A stretch of DNA of 64,000 nucleotides from Oscillospiraceae bacterium (lineage in GTDB: Bacteria; Bacillota; Clostridia; Oscillospirales; Ruminococcaceae). The notes beneath the pieces are model-generated. The model was given only the letters and a program-made list of their open reading frames with translations. It was not told the origin of the DNA and made no database searches. The stretch lies in the NCBI GenBank assembly GCA_017847835.1, contig JAGASH010000001.1:7270-71269 (forward strand), in the 5' to 3' direction. A program made the position numbers and the translations under genes. Each line of letters opens with the position of its first letter. Positions within the stretch are counted from its first letter, which is position 1. This document shows, piece by piece, positions 1-9,245 of this stretch.

Positions 1-1099
1 TTTTATCTTTTATTCTCAATGCCAGATCAGATATTGCATATGTTTTGCCCGAGAAGCTGCGTCCTGCTATTATCTGGAAAGGAAATTTGTTAATTCCTTT
101 CAGAACTGATTTCATGCAATTTCTTTGGATTAAGAAACACGGAATTATAAATTTATTTTTGGATTTATCAATTAATCCTTTTCCGTGAAAAAGAAAAGGT
201 TTATTATCATTAAAGTCAAACTGAAGTTTCGTTTGTTTCAGACTAGATATATCGTTAATTTGGTCGGCTACAAGTTTTTGTGCTTCTTGACCAGCTTCAT
301 ATAGTTTCTGATATATATCTTCATAGTCGTCAAATAACACGCAATGCGTAATTCCGTAATTTTCCAATTTGTTTTGCTGAACAAACGAGGGTTTCTCGCA
401 AGTTATAAAATATCTTGAATTAGAGTATTCTTCAGAGGACTTTAAGTAAATTGACAAATCAATCTCATCATCTAAACTACATCCGATAAATATCAAGTTG
501 TTTATTTCACTATCGTGGTAGAGCCTATTAAGCAATTGATGATTTGAAGATATACTTTCGATATACTGCCTTTTGGTAAATATTTCACTTATCGAATCTG
601 TATAAGAAACTATTTCTGATACATCTCCATGAAGCTTAATTACACACTGACATGTTTCGAATATGCTGTCATCAACAGGTCTGTTTGAATATACAACATT
701 ATAAGGCGCATTGTTTTCGACTGCATCATCTATGTTAAGTGAATAAATATAAGGCCATGGCAAGGACAAAAAAAGCATCTTCACCTTAGGCAATTGAACT
801 TGAGTAAAGTTATCAGTCAGATACTTTTTTTGAAAACTCAAAGGAACACTTTTGTGATATATATCTGACACTTCTGAAAATGATTCCTTAGCAATTGAAT
901 CTTTTTCGATTTCAGGTATTATTTTTAAAGCAAATAACTGTTCAATCATATACTCTTTGTAAGTCCTTCCGGATGGAACTTTTCCATTATGGGCCTTGCA
1001 TTGATGTGAAAAGCCAGAACCAATGCAAGGAATTAACGATTTCCTGCGAAAATTTTGAATGATCTCATTTTTAACGTCACTGAATTTAACAATTTTCAT
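1..1099 (-). CDS. SIR2-like domain + P-loop NTPase protein (Avs/STAND-like defence candidate); 3' end runs off the window
   Basis: Not in the ORF track. ATG at 1099 with GGAGG RBS; frame open to the window edge. SIR2_2-type motifs (LIPCIGSGFS, IYSLNIDD, VIKLHGD, IFIGCSLDDE) and a Walker A motif IIAGRSFSGKTY near position 40-80. Confidence 0.8.
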   Translation of the reverse strand, partial: MKIVKFSDVKNEIIQNFRRKSLIPCIGSGFSHQCKAHNGKVPSGRTYKEYMIEQLFALKIIPEIEKDSIAKESFSEVSDIYHKSVPLSFQKKYLTDNFTQVQLPKVKMLFLSLPWPYIYSLNIDDAVENNAPYNVVYSNRPVDDSIFETCQCVIKLHGDVSEIVSYTDSISEIFTKRQYIESISSNHQLLNRLYHDSEINNLIFIGCSLDDEIDLSIYLKSSEEYSNSRYFITCEKPSFVQQNKLENYGITHCVLFDDYEDIYQKLYEAGQEAQKLVADQINDISSLKQTKLQFDFNDNKPFLFHGKGLIDKSKNKFIIPCFLIQRNCMKSVLKGINKFPFQIIAGRSFSGKTYAISDLALRIKDK

Positions 1100-1772
1100 A
1101 TATTTTTTTCCTCCAAAGATTAAAATATGTTTTTTATTATTAAGCTTAGCCTAAGTTTTGTCAATATGCAAAATTCTGTGCTAAGCCAAAACCGCATTCA
1201 TTTTTTAAAAGAAAGTATATATAACTTACCAGAATAAAATAACTGAGCAAGTCAATAAAACAATTCAAGCGAGCCTCGATGCCTTTTCTTTAGTTGAGTT
1301 AATGAAGAGCATAGACGAGAAGAGAAAAATGATTCTGAGCCTTACCGATGAAATGCTTATCTTCTAAAGCGGATATGGCGCAGTTTAAATGATTCTTCTT
1401 TTCCTCGACAAGCGACTAAAAGCTTGGCGCTAAGACGCAGGTTGGATTACTTCCTAACAATAGATTGCCGAAAAACATAGTGTGTTTGCCGTGGACGATA
1501 TCGCATGTTTACAAAACTGACAATACTCTTGCCAAGGTGCGATTCATTAATCATGGGTGAAATCTATGAACAATTTCTCAAGTTTTGGTAGGTACCAGTT
1601 CATATAATCGCCTACGAAAAATATCAAGCCAGCTTTATCAACAACATCGTGCAATCAGAGAGAACAGAAGCTCACACAAATTGTAGATGATTTATAAAAC
1701 AATGAAAAGCCGCAACAGAGATAATCTGCAACGGCCTACCCCATTAGTGAGGATTTTTTCTAAAAAAGTGTA

Positions 1773-1910
1773 TCATTTGATACGCTCTTTTAAATTCGCG
1801 GGCTCTTTGGGCTGATAAGGTCCATAATAAGATGCCGCACCACAAGCAGCCTTCGCATTTTTAAGAGCTGTTTTTGCAATGACATTTGCAACTGCCTTTT
1901 TAACCTTCAT
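1773..1910 (-). CDS. agrD: AgrD-like cyclic lactone autoinducer precursor, 45 aa (MKVKKAVANVIAKTALKNAKAACGAASYYGPYQPKEPANLKERIK)
   Basis: Manual translation. Overlaps the agrB stop, has a GGAGG-type RBS, an amphipathic N-terminus and the YQPKEP motif typical of clostridial AgrD. Hairpin plus U-run downstream (about 1705-1740). Confidence 0.88.
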   Translation of the reverse strand: MKVKKAVANVIAKTALKNAKAACGAASYYGPYQPKEPANLKERIK

Positions 1911-2490
1911 GATATCCCCTCCTTTGCAAAAAAGTTTCTACTAATATCAATACTGATATCATAGCAACAGTAGTGATAATCATAGCCCCAAAAGAAATCC
2001 CCAAAGCAATCAGCGCTAATCCAATCACAGATAATGCCGATGCAATTATAATTGACAGAACAAATGAGTTTTTCCTCTGTTTATCGCTTAATTGTTTGTG
2101 TTTGTTTGGCACCGGAGAAAACAACATAATCGGTATTAAGCTCACAAATGCCAACGTTCCGCATATGTAAATCGAAAATTGACAGCCGGAAATGATGTTA
2201 TACGCAAAAAACGTTATGATGAAAGTTAATACAATTGTGAGGTTACACCTAAAATATGTAGTCGCGTGATAACCGCCCGAAAAAGAACGCAGGAAAATAA
2301 AAATAAACAAATATAATAAACCTGCTAATATATTGCCCAAAATCAACGAGCATAGCAGAACAAGGGTCACGTTAAGCATAGAAGAAATTGTTATTTCAAT
2401 GCCGTACTGATATACATCTTTCATTTCAGGAGAGATATCCAGGTGTTCTGAAGTAAATTTCAAAATTTTCTCCGATATCTGACATATCAT
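1900..2490 (-). CDS. agrB: Accessory gene regulator B (AgrB) membrane peptidase
   Basis: 196 aa multi-TM protein with YQYGIE, LRSFSGGYHATTYFRC and SPVPNKHKQL motifs; adjacent to agrD. Confidence 0.93.
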   Translation of the reverse strand: MICQISEKILKFTSEHLDISPEMKDVYQYGIEITISSMLNVTLVLLCSLILGNILAGLLYLFIFIFLRSFSGGYHATTYFRCNLTIVLTFIITFFAYNIISGCQFSIYICGTLAFVSLIPIMLFSPVPNKHKQLSDKQRKNSFVLSIIIASALSVIGLALIALGISFGAMIITTVAMISVLILVETFLQRRGYHEG

Positions 2491-2514
2491 ACAGCACTCC
2501 CCCTTTTGGGGTAG

Positions 2515-2579
2515 TATACACTAAATGTGAATGCTTGTCAACAGGTTTGTGAAGTTTGGTAGGATTTTGTGAAGTTTGG
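2515..2579 (-). promoter_or_regulatory. agrBD promoter with tandem CCAAACTTCACAAA direct repeats (LytTR-type site)
   Basis: Minus strand reads ccaaacttcacaaa-N6-ccaaacttcacaaa-cctg-TTGACA-17 bp-TATACT. Repeats at 2546-2559 and 2566-2579. Confidence 0.8.
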
Positions 2580-2603
2580 CATTATCTAAATAATTACATA
2601 TAA

Positions 2604-2642
2604 AAACAGTCCATACCGCTGCAAATTCGAGCGTATGGACTG
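2604..2642. terminator. Inverted repeat downstream of the XRE gene
   Basis: cagtccatac ... gtatggactg stem. Confidence 0.55.
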
Positions 2643-2691
2643 TGAAATATACTTGACAATGCCGTCATTTTGTGGTAGTATAAAACTAAAA

Positions 2692-3045
2692 TTACTTTGT
2701 ATTATTGTTATCGGCTTCGATGTAGTATAACATTTTTACAAGGTCTGCACAATGATTGTTATCCAGCCGAATTATTGATTCGAGCAATTTCCCGACAGAA
2801 GAGTTCTTCCCAATCTTCTTTTTCAGCGAGTGATTTGGCAAATTGAAGTCACTTCTTCCAACCAGATAATCCAGTGAAACATCAAAAATATCCGCAATAG
2901 CACAAAGTATGTCCAAGTCGGGCATACTGATATTTCTCTCATAATGAGAGATTGAATTTTTGGTGACGTGAAGTGCATCGGCAAGCCGCTGCTGCGTATA
3001 ACCGTGCTTTTCACGGAGCATTTTAAGAATTTCTGAAAAGTTCAT
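2692..3045 (-). CDS. XRE/Cro-C1 HTH transcriptional regulator
   Basis: LKMLREKHGYTQQRLADALHVTKNSISHYERNISMPD...IADIFDVSLDYLVGRS. Confidence 0.92.
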   Translation of the reverse strand: MNFSEILKMLREKHGYTQQRLADALHVTKNSISHYERNISMPDLDILCAIADIFDVSLDYLVGRSDFNLPNHSLKKKIGKNSSVGKLLESIIRLDNNHCADLVKMLYYIEADNNNTK

Positions 3046-3200
3046 TTTGTCAGACTCAAATCAACGATTATTTCTTATTTATATTGTACACCTTTTGATA
3101 CGGCGAATACACAAAAATATATTAGAAATGCGATTTCTCGACAAATTTTGACAAACAGTCGCAAGCTGAATATACATAGGTGAAAGGAGAATATACCAAG

Positions 3201-3929
3201 ATGATAAATGCTGCAATTTGCGATGATAATGAAGCTATGCTAAATTTCCTGTCCGGCAAAATCGGCGAAATTTTCACGGAAATCGGAATGGAATTTGAGC
3301 TTCAAAAGTTTCATTCGGGAGAGGATTTTCTAAAAAATCATGAAAACTGCCCATTCGACGTAGTTTTTATGGATATTGTAATGCCGGATATGAACGGTTT
3401 TGATGTGGCAAAACAGATGAGAAGAATTTCAAAGGACACTTACCTGATTTTTATCACAACCGAAAGCAGTCTGGTGTACGAGAGTTTTGATTTTCAGCCG
3501 TTCTATTTTATCCCAAAGGGCAAGCCGCTGGTAGTTGAGGAACGTCTGCGGCATGTTGTCGGCAAACTTGCTCTGCATACTGCCGCAAACGAGAAAATAC
3601 TGATTGACGGGGCTTATGAGAACAAATTCTATGTTTCACCAAGCGATATTTTATATATCAAAAGCAGTTCAAATCATGTTACGTTTCATTTTGTTGATGG
3701 TAAAACCGTGCAGATTAGGAAGAAGCTCGCTGAGTTATTTGACACTCTTAATCAATATATTTTCGTGCGAACTCACAACAGAATTGTAGTTAATATGAAA
3801 CGCATCGAGCGTGTGGACTATCCGAATATGGAAATTCTGCTTGATAACGGCGAGATTGTTCCTATCAGCAGAAGCTGCAAAAAGGACTTTGAGGTCGCTT
3901 ATATCAGGTTCACGAGGAATTTTAGTTAG
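3201..3929 (+). CDS. LytTR-family response regulator (AgrA-like)
   Basis: REC domain (AICDD, VFMDIVMP..NG) plus LytTR domain (FVRTHNRIVVNM, VPISR). Start moved to ATG 3201 after an AAAGGAG RBS. Confidence 0.92.
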   Translation: MINAAICDDNEAMLNFLSGKIGEIFTEIGMEFELQKFHSGEDFLKNHENCPFDVVFMDIVMPDMNGFDVAKQMRRISKDTYLIFITTESSLVYESFDFQPFYFIPKGKPLVVEERLRHVVGKLALHTAANEKILIDGAYENKFYVSPSDILYIKSSSNHVTFHFVDGKTVQIRKKLAELFDTLNQYIFVRTHNRIVVNMKRIERVDYPNMEILLDNGEIVPISRSCKKDFEVAYIRFTRNFS

Positions 3930-3940
3930 GAGCATAAATT

Positions 3941-5269
3941 ATGCAAAGTGTGTTATGGTTTCTTATTGAAGCGGCAGCAAATTTGTGCGAGTCTTTTTTG
4001 TGTGTTCATTTTATAATCAATTCGTTTGATGGAAAAGTCAAAGTCCTGTCTTCAAGAGTCGTTCAATTAATCGGCACTCTGGCAATGACAACTGTTGTTA
4101 CGGTTCTTAACAAAATGACAGTATATGAGGGCTTGCTTGGCTTGATTTATGTTTTGTGTTTTTTTGTTTTCGAAATTATATTTCTTCGAGGTACTGTTTG
4201 CAAGAAATTCTTCATCTCGATTCTAACCAATATTTGTCTGATTAGTACTGCGATGTTATCCGGAAATATTCTGTCTGTTATATTTAACAATCATTTGCAG
4301 CTTTTCTCCGAGCAAACATTGGAGAGATTTGCATATATGATTTTCGGAATAGCATTTGCCGCCTATATTTTTACGATTTTATCGAGGTTTACCTATGGAA
4401 ATAGATTTTCGCTTAATATAAAAGAATGGGCGTTGATTTTGTCGGTTTTGTTAATATCATCTTTGATAATTGCTGCAATTCACACAAATATACTCAATGG
4501 AAACATAAACAAGGAACAATTATATTTGCTTATGTTATCGGAACTCGGCTTGATTTTAATAAACATAATTTGCTTATACATAACCTCAAATCTGAGTGAA
4601 ACTCACAAGCGCGAGGAACATCTGCTTGTTGAGAAAAAACAGAATGAGTACACTCAAAAATATGCTCAGACAGTCAAGGAACAATACGAGCAAACCCGAA
4701 GGCTTCGACACGATATGAAGCAATACTGCACAGTTTTGGACGGATTGATTGTCGACAAAAAGTATGACGAAGCAAGGGCGTTCATCTCGGAGAATTACAA
4801 GAGCATTTCTCGTTCAGAGGTTGTGGTTGATGTGGGAAATGATTTTGTGAACTCGATTTTGAACGCAAAACTCACTCTGGCAAAATCTCTCGGAATTGAA
4901 GTTATATGCAGCGTGGAGAAAGAATTGTCGGGGATTGAGAGCGCGGATTTGTGCAATTTGCTGGGCAATATGCTTGACAATGCGATTGAAGCGGCGCAAA
5001 GATGCGAGCTTGAAAAACGCTCGATTGAGCTGAATATATCTTCTGTGGGAAACCGCTTGAACATCGCAATCAGAAACAGTATTATCCATTCCGTTCTAAA
5101 AGAAAACCCAAGCCTTGCAACCTCAAAGCCAGACAAATTTGAGCACGGTTTTGGTATAAAAACAATAAAAACCATTGCTGAAAAATATGGCGGAACAACA
5201 GATTTCTATGAGGATAATCTAACGTTTGTTTGCCGTGTGGAACTGCAAAAATCCGCAAAAGAAGAATAA
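3941..5269 (+). CDS. AgrC-like GHKL sensor histidine kinase
   Basis: Multiple N-terminal TMs, RRLRHDMKQ H-box, LLGNMLDNAIEA N-box, HGFGIKTI G-box. Confidence 0.92.
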   Translation: MQSVLWFLIEAAANLCESFLCVHFIINSFDGKVKVLSSRVVQLIGTLAMTTVVTVLNKMTVYEGLLGLIYVLCFFVFEIIFLRGTVCKKFFISILTNICLISTAMLSGNILSVIFNNHLQLFSEQTLERFAYMIFGIAFAAYIFTILSRFTYGNRFSLNIKEWALILSVLLISSLIIAAIHTNILNGNINKEQLYLLMLSELGLILINIICLYITSNLSETHKREEHLLVEKKQNEYTQKYAQTVKEQYEQTRRLRHDMKQYCTVLDGLIVDKKYDEARAFISENYKSISRSEVVVDVGNDFVNSILNAKLTLAKSLGIEVICSVEKELSGIESADLCNLLGNMLDNAIEAAQRCELEKRSIELNISSVGNRLNIAIRNSIIHSVLKENPSLATSKPDKFEHGFGIKTIKTIAEKYGGTTDFYEDNLTFVCRVELQKSAKEE

Positions 5270-5273
5270 CAAA

Positions 5274-5310
5274 ATTCCCGCTCGATTGAAAAATTGGCGG
5301 GATTTTTGCG
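5274..5310 (+). terminator. Intrinsic terminator after the kinase
   Basis: aattcccgc ... gcgggatttttg stem followed by Ts. Confidence 0.6.
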
Positions 5311-5340
5311 CTCTATTTACAAAAAAAAGATGAAATTTCT

Positions 5341-5408
5341 GCCAAACTTCACAAGATACGGCCAAACTTCACAAAGCGGTTGACAATGAAAAACGAATGT
5401 GATATGCT
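5341..5408 (+). promoter_or_regulatory. Promoter with tandem GCCAAACTTCACAA repeats (same box as the agrBD promoter)
   Basis: Repeats at 5341-5354 and 5361-5374, then gcgg, TTGACA (5380-5385), 17 bp, and TG-n-TATGCT (5403-5408). Confidence 0.8.
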
Positions 5409-5502
5409 GTAATTGCAAGGTTGACTTTGTAGTACTTACAGGCTATGGATACAATTATGTTTGTACACCATGATTGTATCTCATCATATTAGGAGGTTTA
5501 CT

Positions 5503-5907
5503 ATGAAAGGTATTTTTAAAAAGCTCGCGGCATCTGCTTTGGCTGCAGTAACACTTATTACAGGTACATTAACGGCGTCGGCTGATGTGGTTGTTCTTCG
5601 TGCCGGAAACTATCAGGACACATCGAACAACGCAACCATGAAGTGGGGAGTATGTTATTGTGAGATGATTAACAATTCAACCGTTGTCAGAAAAGCACAG
5701 ACATATGTAAAAGTATATAAAGACTTAACAGGAGTGCTGGTTGACCAAACATCGAGCGAAGGCTCAATCGGTTATGGTGAAAGTGTTCGAGCAGAGCTTA
5801 ACGGATATTATTCAAACGGATATAATTTTGAGTTAACTGGGATAATCTACAACGGCAATAGTACTTATTCCGGCGTTTCGTGGAGCAAAACAGCATATCT
5901 TGAATAA
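5503..5907 (+). CDS. Small Sec-secreted protein (134 aa), possible bacteriocin/effector
   Basis: AGGAGG RBS before ATG 5503. Signal peptide MKGIFKKLAASALAAVTLITGTLTASA|D; mature part is beta-rich with many Tyr/Gly/Ser. Confidence 0.75.
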   Translation: MKGIFKKLAASALAAVTLITGTLTASADVVVLRAGNYQDTSNNATMKWGVCYCEMINNSTVVRKAQTYVKVYKDLTGVLVDQTSSEGSIGYGESVRAELNGYYSNGYNFELTGIIYNGNSTYSGVSWSKTAYLE

Positions 5908-5925
5908 TTCAATATTAATAAAATG

Positions 5926-5965
5926 GCAGATTGTGGAGCGGGATAATCCCGTTCCACAAAAATCT
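5926..5965 (+). other. Strong stem-loop between the secreted-protein gene and the ABC genes
   Basis: cagattgtggagcggga-taa-tcccgttccacaaaaatctg. Confidence 0.6.
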
Positions 5966-5976
5966 GGAGGATTAAT

Positions 5977-7137
5977 ATGAAGTACATTCTACGCAACATA
6001 CGCTCTCTTATCAAAAACGAGCCGCTTATTTTCGCGGTAATGATTGTATGCGTTTTCGCTTCATCATGGGTACTGACGTTCGCTTACGGGCTGTATCAGA
6101 ACTACAACGTGCAGAAAACCGAGGCGGATATCGAGAGCAAGGAATTGGTTTTGAGTCTGCGTGAGGACAAGTCGGTCACGAGGACGGATTTGGAGCGGTT
6201 TTTCGCGGAAATAAGCGATGAAACCCTCAACGCGGCAAACCTCCTGTACTGCGACGCAGAACTTCCCGGCTTTCCGACAGAGCGTGGAGATTACGGCAGG
6301 GCTGCATTCCGTTTTACTATTCATAACGGACAGTATCAATCCTCCTCATACATAAAGGAACAGTGGGAGAAAAAAGGACAGATAACCTCCGGACGCTTTT
6401 TCAGCGATGATGATGAAAAAAACGGTGCAAACGTTGCGTTGATTAATACCGATATGGGAGAGTGGAACGAAGCTACACTTGCAATTAAAACGGGAGAAAA
6501 CACCATAAGATTGTTCGACAAGGAATACGAGATTATCGGCACATACGACGGCTTTGGCGGGGTTCCGCTGATACCGTTTTTATCAATTCCCGAGGATTTA
6601 GAGCTTTCCGCGCCGGCATTTATGTTTGAAAAAAATCTGACCAAGTCGCAGTATGAAGAAATCAGAAGCGCCGCGAGAAGAGCTGTTCCGGAAACGTTTG
6701 TTTTCCCGGATTTGGCGTTCCCCGATACTGAAAACATTTATATTTACAACAACATTATGCTTATCTGCGCGCTTATTGCCATGCTCACCGTGATAAACTT
6801 CGCTTCACTTTACAATTACATCATCAGCAAAAGAATACGTCAGCTTGCTGTGTTTAAGCTGTGCGGCTGTACCTCTTTCAAGGCAACGGGCTTTTATCTT
6901 GCGGAATGTGCGATTATCTGCGTTCCCGTGTTTATGATAGGGACGGCGAGCTATATACCCGTGATGAAATTCTTCCTCTCGCCGATTTTCCCGTATATGA
7001 AGGACGCTTATTCGCCTGTTATTTATACGGTAATTTTCGCTTTGTATATAATAATTCTTGTGATTATTATGAGCTTTACGCTAATCCGTTCCGTCAAGAA
7101 AAACACCGCGGCAATCTGGAAGGAGGGAGCATTATGA
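5977..7137 (+). CDS. FtsX/MacB-like ABC transporter permease
   Basis: N-terminal TM, extracellular GRFFS..D motif, C-terminal RIRQLAVFKLCGC plus three TMs. Confidence 0.85.
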   Translation: MKYILRNIRSLIKNEPLIFAVMIVCVFASSWVLTFAYGLYQNYNVQKTEADIESKELVLSLREDKSVTRTDLERFFAEISDETLNAANLLYCDAELPGFPTERGDYGRAAFRFTIHNGQYQSSSYIKEQWEKKGQITSGRFFSDDDEKNGANVALINTDMGEWNEATLAIKTGENTIRLFDKEYEIIGTYDGFGGVPLIPFLSIPEDLELSAPAFMFEKNLTKSQYEEIRSAARRAVPETFVFPDLAFPDTENIYIYNNIMLICALIAMLTVINFASLYNYIISKRIRQLAVFKLCGCTSFKATGFYLAECAIICVPVFMIGTASYIPVMKFFLSPIFPYMKDAYSPVIYTVIFALYIIILVIIMSFTLIRSVKKNTAAIWKEGAL

Positions 7138-8366
7138 TACTGTTTAAAACCGCGCTTCGCGAGTTGAAGAATAACATCAGAATGGTTGTGATAATGCTGC
7201 TTCAGATAGTTGTCGCTTTAATGATTACGGCGGTTATGGTGTCGGCTGTGCTGCTGAAATATCAGACCTACGAGCCGTTTAAGGATTATTTCGAGAGCGA
7301 GGGACTGTTCCTGAACTATGGAACGGAAGCTCGCGAAAACCCTGACCCTGATGATGTAATGAGCGTATTTCACGACAGTCAAAAACTGCTTGAAAAGACG
7401 CACGGAAGCGAAATTATAGCCGCTCATCATCTTTATATGTATATGGATAAAAGGGTTTTGGATTTAGCCTATGACGATGAGATAATCCACCGTTATACAC
7501 CGCCTTTGAAAGAAGGGCGCTGGCTTAATCCAAATGCTGAGGAACTCGAAATTGTGGTTTGCGAAAATAACGAATACGGCTGGAAGCTTGGAGATATGGC
7601 GGACATTCGACCCGGCTGGCATTTTTCCAATGACAATACGAAAAGCGTTTGGTGCAAGGCAAAGGTTGTCGGAATTGTTAAGGAGAACGCGGAAATTTTC
7701 GGAGATACAAACCGAAAGTGGACTACTCCGACCTACAAGAACGCATACCGACCATTCAATGCCGAAGTTGAAGAGAGAACACTTATTATTATGTCGCAAT
7801 CGGTTGTTAAGAGGGTTGACCCGCATTATACCACGCCGATATGCGGCACAGTAATGATAAAATATCCCGAAGGCACACCTGCGGAGGTTATCAAGGAAGA
7901 CCGAAATCTGCTTTCGGAATATGGAGATGTTATTTCAATGACGCTCCCCGAAATGGATATTAACAGTAAGGTGTATCTTTACGAGCAGCTTTATCAGATG
8001 CTTCCGATAATTGTAATTCTGCTTATTCTTGTAATGGTAAGCTCAATCAGCACCTCGGCAATTTCCGCACGGCGGCGGCTCAAGGATTACGCGAAATATT
8101 ATGTGCTGGGACTGAGGTGGCGGCAATGCGCGTTTGTGAACTTTTTCCAGGCGCTCGTTATAAGCGCGGCTGCTCTGGTTATTTCCTGCGCGGGACTGCT
8201 TGTAATCGGTAACACGGCATTGTCCGAAACATTTGTTGTAATCTGGAACGCGCCGATGATTTTATGCCTGCTCGGAATACTTTTTATGTATCTTGTATTT
8301 TCGATGATAATGCCGATGATTATGCTGCGCTCCAACACGCCTAAAGCGCTTCTGCAAGCCGAATAA
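7134..8366 (+). CDS. FtsX/MacB-like ABC transporter permease
   Basis: ATG 7134 overlaps the upstream stop, after a GGAGGGAG RBS. LKEGRWL motif; RRRLKDYAKYYVLG plus three TMs. Confidence 0.85.
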   Translation: MILFKTALRELKNNIRMVVIMLLQIVVALMITAVMVSAVLLKYQTYEPFKDYFESEGLFLNYGTEARENPDPDDVMSVFHDSQKLLEKTHGSEIIAAHHLYMYMDKRVLDLAYDDEIIHRYTPPLKEGRWLNPNAEELEIVVCENNEYGWKLGDMADIRPGWHFSNDNTKSVWCKAKVVGIVKENAEIFGDTNRKWTTPTYKNAYRPFNAEVEERTLIIMSQSVVKRVDPHYTTPICGTVMIKYPEGTPAEVIKEDRNLLSEYGDVISMTLPEMDINSKVYLYEQLYQMLPIIVILLILVMVSSISTSAISARRRLKDYAKYYVLGLRWRQCAFVNFFQALVISAAALVISCAGLLVIGNTALSETFVVIWNAPMILCLLGILFMYLVFSMIMPMIMLRSNTPKALLQAE

Positions 8367-8376
8367 GGAGGACAAA

Positions 8377-9045
8377 ATGATAGAAGTATCGAACTTAACG
8401 AAAATCTACAATCCCAAAAAAGCCAACGAATTTACCGCACTGAAAAACATCTCTCTGAAGATAAACGACGGCGAAATGTCCGCGATAATCGGCAAATCGG
8501 GCGCGGGAAAATCCACGCTTTTGCACATTCTCGCGTGCATTGACGACTATCAGGGCGGCGAATATAAAATCGATGAAACGCTTGTAAAACAGCTCTCCGA
8601 GCGGCAATCGGCGCGTATCCGCAATGAAAAAATCGGTATGGTTATGCAGGATTTTGCGCTGGTGGAGGACTTCACGGCGATTGAAAACGTGCTGCTTCCG
8701 CTGGAGTTTTCAAAGCACAAAAAATCCAACCGACAGGAAAAAGCGTTGAACGCGCTGAAATCGGTTGGAATGGAGCAGTACGCGAAAAAGCCCGTAAACA
8801 AGCTCTCCGGCGGTCAAAAACAGCGTGTTGCAATCGCTCGCGCAATCGTAAACGAGCCGTCGCTTATCCTCGCGGACGAGCCGACCGGCGCTCTTGATAC
8901 CAAAACCTCCGCTGAAATTATGGACGTTTTCAGGAAGCTGCACTCCGAGGGAAAGACGATTGTTATCGTCACTCACGACCCGGGAGTTGCGGAGCAATGC
9001 GAGAGAATTATCGAGATTTCGGACGGAAAAATAATTTCGCAATAA
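8377..9045 (+). CDS. ABC transporter ATP-binding protein (LolD/MacB type)
   Basis: GKSGAGKST, LSGGQKQRVAIARA, ILADEPTGALD, VTHD. Confidence 0.96.
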   Translation: MIEVSNLTKIYNPKKANEFTALKNISLKINDGEMSAIIGKSGAGKSTLLHILACIDDYQGGEYKIDETLVKQLSERQSARIRNEKIGMVMQDFALVEDFTAIENVLLPLEFSKHKKSNRQEKALNALKSVGMEQYAKKPVNKLSGGQKQRVAIARAIVNEPSLILADEPTGALDTKTSAEIMDVFRKLHSEGKTIVIVTHDPGVAEQCERIIEISDGKIISQ

Positions 9046-9047
9046 AT

Positions 9048-9078
9048 CTTGCGGCAGTTTTCGGGCTGCCGCATTTTC
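9048..9078 (+). terminator. Terminator after the ABC operon
   Basis: tgcggcag ... ctgccgca followed by tttt. Confidence 0.6.
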
Positions 9079-9086
9079 ACTAACCC

Positions 9087-9153
9087 AAATTCCCGAAAAA
9101 CGAAAACCCATTCCCGAAATTCGGGAAAAATGCCTGTTAAACCCTGTTATAAT
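9087..9153 (+). promoter_or_regulatory. Promoter module A: TTCCCGAA half-sites plus extended -10
   Basis: Half-sites at 9090 and 9111 (21-bp period), palindrome TTCCCGAA-A-TTCGGGAA at 9111-9127, TG-T-TATAAT at 9145-9153. Confidence 0.65.
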
Positions 9154-9245
9154 AAATGCAGAGCATTTATTATAGATTTAATATCCTCGCACATACGCAA
9201 ATCATAGATTTGCTCCGTGCGTATCGGATAGCAGGGGGTGATATT

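Noticed and set aside
1136-1164. CTTAG-C-CTAAG palindrome inside a possible SIR2 promoter spacer
   Set aside because: Short, single occurrence, weak -10; could be chance in AT-rich DNA.
1270-1700. Coding-looking stretch between the SIR2 gene and agrD
   Set aside because: Only short broken frames; no motif I can assign with confidence. It may be a decayed gene.
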